DNA of 38,718 bases from an uncultured Pseudomonadota bacterium. Lineage in GTDB: Bacteria; SAR324; NAC60-12. This document shows positions 36,672-38,718 of the stretch, piece after piece; the stretch's first letter is position 1; the number at the start of each line of letters is the position of its first letter. The DNA lies in contig CAJWCD010000012.1 of the NCBI GenBank assembly GCA_913020725.1, forward strand, positions 1 to 38,718, given 5' to 3'. The position numbers were made by a program, and so were the translations under genes. The notes beneath the pieces were generated by a model, which was not told the DNA's origin, ran no database searches, and saw only the letters and a program-made list of their open reading frames with translations.

Positions 36672-37619
36672 TCAAAAATTCAGTGCATAACGTTGCTCGG
36701 TGACTTGCTGGCCGCCGACGGTTGCTGAGCGTTCCTCTGCCACTCGGAAACCCAGCAACTGGTAAAGCCGAGCGGCGGGTTGCAACGCATCCACCGTCCA
36801 AAGGAACACGGATTCATGCCCGGAGGACTGGGCGAACTCCAAGGCTTCCGTGACCAGCTTGCGCCCCAAGCCTTGCCTCCGATGGTCCGGGTGCAGCAGC
36901 AGCCAGCGCAGTTGTGCGGCTTGCTCAGACACACTCTCAAGGGCGAGCGACCCCCGGACTTGCTCCTCTTTTTCGACAATCCAAATCCGGTTGTGCGGGT
37001 TCCGGGTTTGCGCGAATTCGGCAAGTGCCGCAGCAATGGACAATTCAAAGGTGGCGTCAAACCCAAGCTCCTGCCCATAAAGTAACCCGTGCATCTGCAC
37101 AATGGCTCCGAGGTCTCCCGGACGCCACTCATTGCGGATCAGGCCCCCTCCAGTTCCGGAGCCGCCGGAGTTGCGGGATGCTGTGGAATCGAACTCCAGT
37201 CGTTTGCCAAAGCTTAGGGCGGCGTCTTCGGTGTAGCCGATACGGCGATAAAAAGCTTGGGCCGTGGAGTTAGAAATTCGCAGTTGCAGATTGATTTTCG
37301 GGCAGTCGAATTTCCGCAGTTCGGCTTCTGCGGCTTCCATTATCCGGCGACCCCAACCCTGTTTTTGATAATCCGGATGTGAGGCAAGGTAGTTGATCCA
37401 GCCTCGATGTCCGTCAAATCCAGCCATCACCGAGGCGACAATCCGACCGTTCTGCACCCCGACGAGAAACAGTTCAGGCTGCATTTTCTGTTTCCGGAAA
37501 ATATCTTTTTCCGGATGATTCCACGGACGGGTCAAGTCACAGGCGGTCCAAAGCTCGACGACAGCTTTTGTGTCACTTTCGGAGAATGCTCGAATATGAG
37601 CTTCGGGGTTTTGCGGCAT
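36672..37619 (-). CDS. Tandem GNAT acetyltransferase (YpeA-like domain plus a second GNAT domain)
   Basis: Domain 1 has LTRPWN, SVMAGFDGHRGWINYL, QKQGWG and CPKINLQ. Linker SGGSGTGGG. Domain 2 has PGDLG, AQLRWLLL, RRQGLG and LWT..ARLY. Likely start is the ATG at 37619. Confidence 0.88.
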   Translation of the reverse strand: MPQNPEAHIRAFSESDTKAVVELWTACDLTRPWNHPEKDIFRKQKMQPELFLVGVQNGRIVASVMAGFDGHRGWINYLASHPDYQKQGWGRRIMEAAEAELRKFDCPKINLQLRISNSTAQAFYRRIGYTEDAALSFGKRLEFDSTASRNSGGSGTGGGLIRNEWRPGDLGAIVQMHGLLYGQELGFDATFELSIAAALAEFAQTRNPHNRIWIVEKEEQVRGSLALESVSEQAAQLRWLLLHPDHRRQGLGRKLVTEALEFAQSSGHESVFLWTVDALQPAARLYQLLGFRVAEERSATVGGQQVTEQRYALNF

Positions 37620-37847
37620 GTGGACGTTCGAGGAAAAAGCGGAAATACCCACTTTAATGAGCAGGCGGAGCCAAAGGCAAGCAGAACCCCAGCGCATCGT
37701 TGCGGAACGAAGTTGATTTTTATGGAGAAACTGTCGGGCGAAAGCTCGCTCCCGGCTTGCACTGGAGGGCAAAATAGGTCATCCTAACTCGTCACCCCTG
37801 AGCTAAATTGGTGGCGTTTTCAAACCCATTCATCCTGAGGAGAGAGT

Positions 37848-38718
37848 ATGGTACCTAATTCCACCAGGTATCTGATGATCGGTGCTGGGATTCACGGACT
37901 CAGCACCGCCTACCACCTTGCGCTGGAGTTGAAGCAGCGCGGCCTTGGCAGCGGCAAGGACATCCTGGTGATCGACAAATCGGGCGTCGGCGCGGGCGCT
38001 TCTGGCATTGCCTGCGGTGTGGTGCGCAACAACTACTTCCAGCCTGCGATGCGTGAATTGATGGCACACAGCGTCGAGGTCTGGGAGAGCGATCCCAAAG
38101 CCTACAGCTACCACCCGGTGGGCTACATGCAGATCAGCCCGGAAGTGATGCATTCTGATATTGCCACAATCTATGAACAACAGCAGGACATAGGCTACCC
38201 TTCAGAATTTATCGAGGGCAGTGCTGATTCAACGGTTTATATGCGGGGTTTGTTTGACGACTGGCAGGCAAAGGGCATAACTTCGGTGTTGCATGAAAAA
38301 AAAGGCGGCTTTTCCAACAATATGAAATGCATGGAGGGACTTGCGGCAAAAGCTGAAAGCGAGGGAGTTACTATTACCGGAAATGTTGAAGTAACCGGTG
38401 TTGAATATTCCGGTAAAGCAATCTCTGCGGTAATCACAAATCATGGGACGATTCAGACGGATTATGTAGTTGTCGGCGCCGGTCCGTGGGTAAATACTTT
38501 CTGGAAAATGCTGGATCTTCCTTCAAAAATCAGAGTCAAGGATGGAGATGAAGTTCATGAAAATGTAGAAATGTGGCGTTACTACTGTCTCCAGGAAGGG
38601 ACTCTTGGTGTTGACCCAAATATGCTTAAAACAAATGATGGTAACAGCCCGCCGGTGATTCACGTTGATACTGATGCACCACTCTACTCTGACATTGACG
38701 GACGTTTGATCACTGATA
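37848..38718 (+). CDS. FAD-dependent oxidoreductase, DAO / sarcosine oxidase-beta / MgdA-like (partial, runs off the window)
   Basis: Absent from the ORF track because it has no stop. GAGGAGAG RBS, then MVPNSTRYLMIGAGIHGLSTAYHLA...GAGASGIACGVVRNNYFQPAM...VLHEKKGG...VVGAGPW. Open to the window end. Confidence 0.88.
   Translation, partial: MVPNSTRYLMIGAGIHGLSTAYHLALELKQRGLGSGKDILVIDKSGVGAGASGIACGVVRNNYFQPAMRELMAHSVEVWESDPKAYSYHPVGYMQISPEVMHSDIATIYEQQQDIGYPSEFIEGSADSTVYMRGLFDDWQAKGITSVLHEKKGGFSNNMKCMEGLAAKAESEGVTITGNVEVTGVEYSGKAISAVITNHGTIQTDYVVVGAGPWVNTFWKMLDLPSKIRVKDGDEVHENVEMWRYYCLQEGTLGVDPNMLKTNDGNSPPVIHVDTDAPLYSDIDGRLITD

Noticed and set aside
37620..37847. Glycine or THF riboswitch upstream of the FAD oxidoreductase
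   Set aside because: Only a GGGC-GAAA-GCTC hairpin is present. The conserved aptamer motifs were not found.
1..38718. CRISPR array, rRNA or intact transposase/integrase
   Set aside because: No regularly spaced repeats, rRNA-like sequence or complete recombinase ORF was seen.

Overview
Bacterial chromosomal window. The core (about 4.2-7.8 kb and 18-38 kb) is GC-rich, and gene content suggests a marine delta-like lineage such as SAR324 (inference only). From left to right: (1) an AT-rich, decayed mosaic island at 1-4186 abutting the 3' end of tRNA-Sec (selC). It holds a broken DEAD/DEAH helicase, a cadherin-like fragment, an HsdR C-terminus, an M48 peptidase, a DMT transporter, and HIT/HNH and integrase remnants. 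(2) selC, a YitT protein, tRNA-Val(CAC), metY and an alpha/beta hydrolase. (3) A lower-GC block of about 10 kb, starting at a MITE-like inverted repeat. It encodes a flotillin, a urea/amide-type ABC importer whose second ATPase is fused in frame to a CX3C amidase, and an acyl-CoA ligase. (4) An alternative complex III operon (actABCDEF) whose ActB keeps the N-terminal FS0 cysteine motif. (5) Housekeeping genes: riboflavin synthase, fxsA, PaaI thioesterase, UvrD/PcrA helicase, SGNH esterase, OmpA-domain protein, GST and a tandem GNAT. A 57-bp direct repeat brackets a DUF4143 pseudogene, and a heptamer repeat lies at the esterase start. (6) A partial FAD oxidoreductase with an abrupt codon-usage switch mid-gene. 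The best candidate for a new system is the flotillin / amide ABC / ATPase-amidase fusion / CoA ligase operon. All calls come from motif recognition by eye, and no database searches were run.
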